DNA of 47,005 bases, from NCBI GenBank assembly GCA_044222475.1, contig JBGANF010000054.1, positions 1 to 47,005 on the forward strand, in the 5' to 3' direction. Positions 46,143-47,005 of the stretch are shown piece by piece. The notes beneath the pieces are model-generated. The model was not told the origin of the DNA and searched no databases. It worked only from the letters and a program-made list of their open reading frames with translations. The position numbers and the translations under genes are program-made. Positions within the stretch are counted from its first letter, which is position 1. Each line of letters begins with the position of its first letter. The DNA is from Polyangiaceae bacterium. Lineage in GTDB: Bacteria; Myxococcota_A; Polyangia; Polyangiales; Polyangiaceae.

Positions 46143-47005
46143 ATGGCGATGACAGATCGAGTGAAGCAGATTCTGAGCTGGTACGGGTCGGACAACCCGG
46201 GCGTGAAGGCCAACCTGGCTCGCCTCATGAACACTGGCACTCTCGCCGGCACGGGGAAGATGGTGATCCTCCCGGTCGACCAGGGCTTCGAGCACGGGCC
46301 GGCGCGGTCGTTCCAGCCGAACCCGGATGGGTACGATCCCGAGTATCACGCGCAGCTCGCGCTCGACTCCGGCTGCAACGGCTACGCGGCGCCGCTCGGC
46401 TTCATCGAGGCCGTGGCGGACAAGTACGCCGGGCAGATCCCGCTGATCCTGAAGCTCAACAACTCCGACACGTTGGCGAAGATGGACCAGCCGATCTCGG
46501 CGCTCACCGGCTGCGTCAAGGACGCGCAACGCCTCGGCTGCGTGGCGATTGGCTACACGATCTACCCGGGCTCCGGGCAGCGCAACCGCATGTACGAAGA
46601 CCTTCGTCACCTGATCCACGAAGCGAAGGACGTGGGTCTGCCGACGATCTTGTGGGCGTACCCGCGCGGTGCGGGTCTCTCGAAGGACGGCGAGACCGCA
46701 GCCGACGTCACCGCGTACGCCGCTCAGATCGCGGCGCAGCTCGGTGCGCACGTCATCAAGATCAAGCCGCCGAAGGATCACATCGAGCAGGCCGAGGCGA
46801 AGAAGGTCTTCGAGAAGTACTCGATCCCGACGAAGACCCTGTCGGATCGCGTGCGGCACTGCGTGCAGAGCGCCTTCAACGGAAAGCGCATCGTGATCTT
46901 CAGCGGCGGCGAGGCGAAGGGGACCGACGAGCTCCTCGCCGAGGTGAAGGAGATCGCGAAGGGCGGCGCCTTCGGCTCGATCATGGGACGCAACGCGTTC
47001 CAGCG
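46143..47005 (+). CDS. fbaB: class I fructose-bisphosphate aldolase (runs off the window)
   Basis: Manual translation: MAMTDRVKQILSWY...ILPVDQGFEHGPARSF...GYTIYPGS...WAYPRG...GAHVIKIK...FSGG...GSIMGRNAFQ; RBS AAGGAG. Confidence 0.93.
   Translation, partial: MAMTDRVKQILSWYGSDNPGVKANLARLMNTGTLAGTGKMVILPVDQGFEHGPARSFQPNPDGYDPEYHAQLALDSGCNGYAAPLGFIEAVADKYAGQIPLILKLNNSDTLAKMDQPISALTGCVKDAQRLGCVAIGYTIYPGSGQRNRMYEDLRHLIHEAKDVGLPTILWAYPRGAGLSKDGETAADVTAYAAQIAAQLGAHVIKIKPPKDHIEQAEAKKVFEKYSIPTKTLSDRVRHCVQSAFNGKRIVIFSGGEAKGTDELLAEVKEIAKGGAFGSIMGRNAFQ

Overview
Very GC-rich bacterial chromosomal DNA. The gene content (many lipoproteins with Asp/Ala/Gly-rich linkers, a Hanks-type kinase, an EXLX expansin, ferritin-like lipoproteins) suggests a myxobacterium, probably Polyangiales-like (inference). 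About 43 CDS can be supported, including addAB, arsM-sigZ, photolyase, queE, fbp/fbaB, an MMPL transporter and a PAS hybrid kinase, plus tRNA-Ser(GCT). There is no CRISPR array, rRNA or prophage. Best candidate for an undescribed system: a small lipoprotein carrying three identical PVGNLR motifs, translationally coupled to a ferritin-like diiron protein (13782-15010). A homologous diiron domain is fused to a secreted Cys-rich lipoprotein at 38163-39170, a split/fused pairing that suggests RiPP-like or self-modifying lipoprotein maturation. Other notable signals: a ~60-bp direct repeat plus a palindromic element bracketing the expansin gene; a stand-alone RAYT-like HUH transposase with a near-consensus sigma70 promoter, a (GAAGCS)13 tract and a coupled small ORF; a 21-bp duplicate of the tRNA-Ser 3' end; a TerB/Coq4-like fusion under MarR control; a three-domain tandem-repeat surface lipoprotein; and a recurrent TAnnnT-N5-7-ATG pattern implying widespread leaderless mRNAs. 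All family assignments are by eye from motifs; no searches were run.
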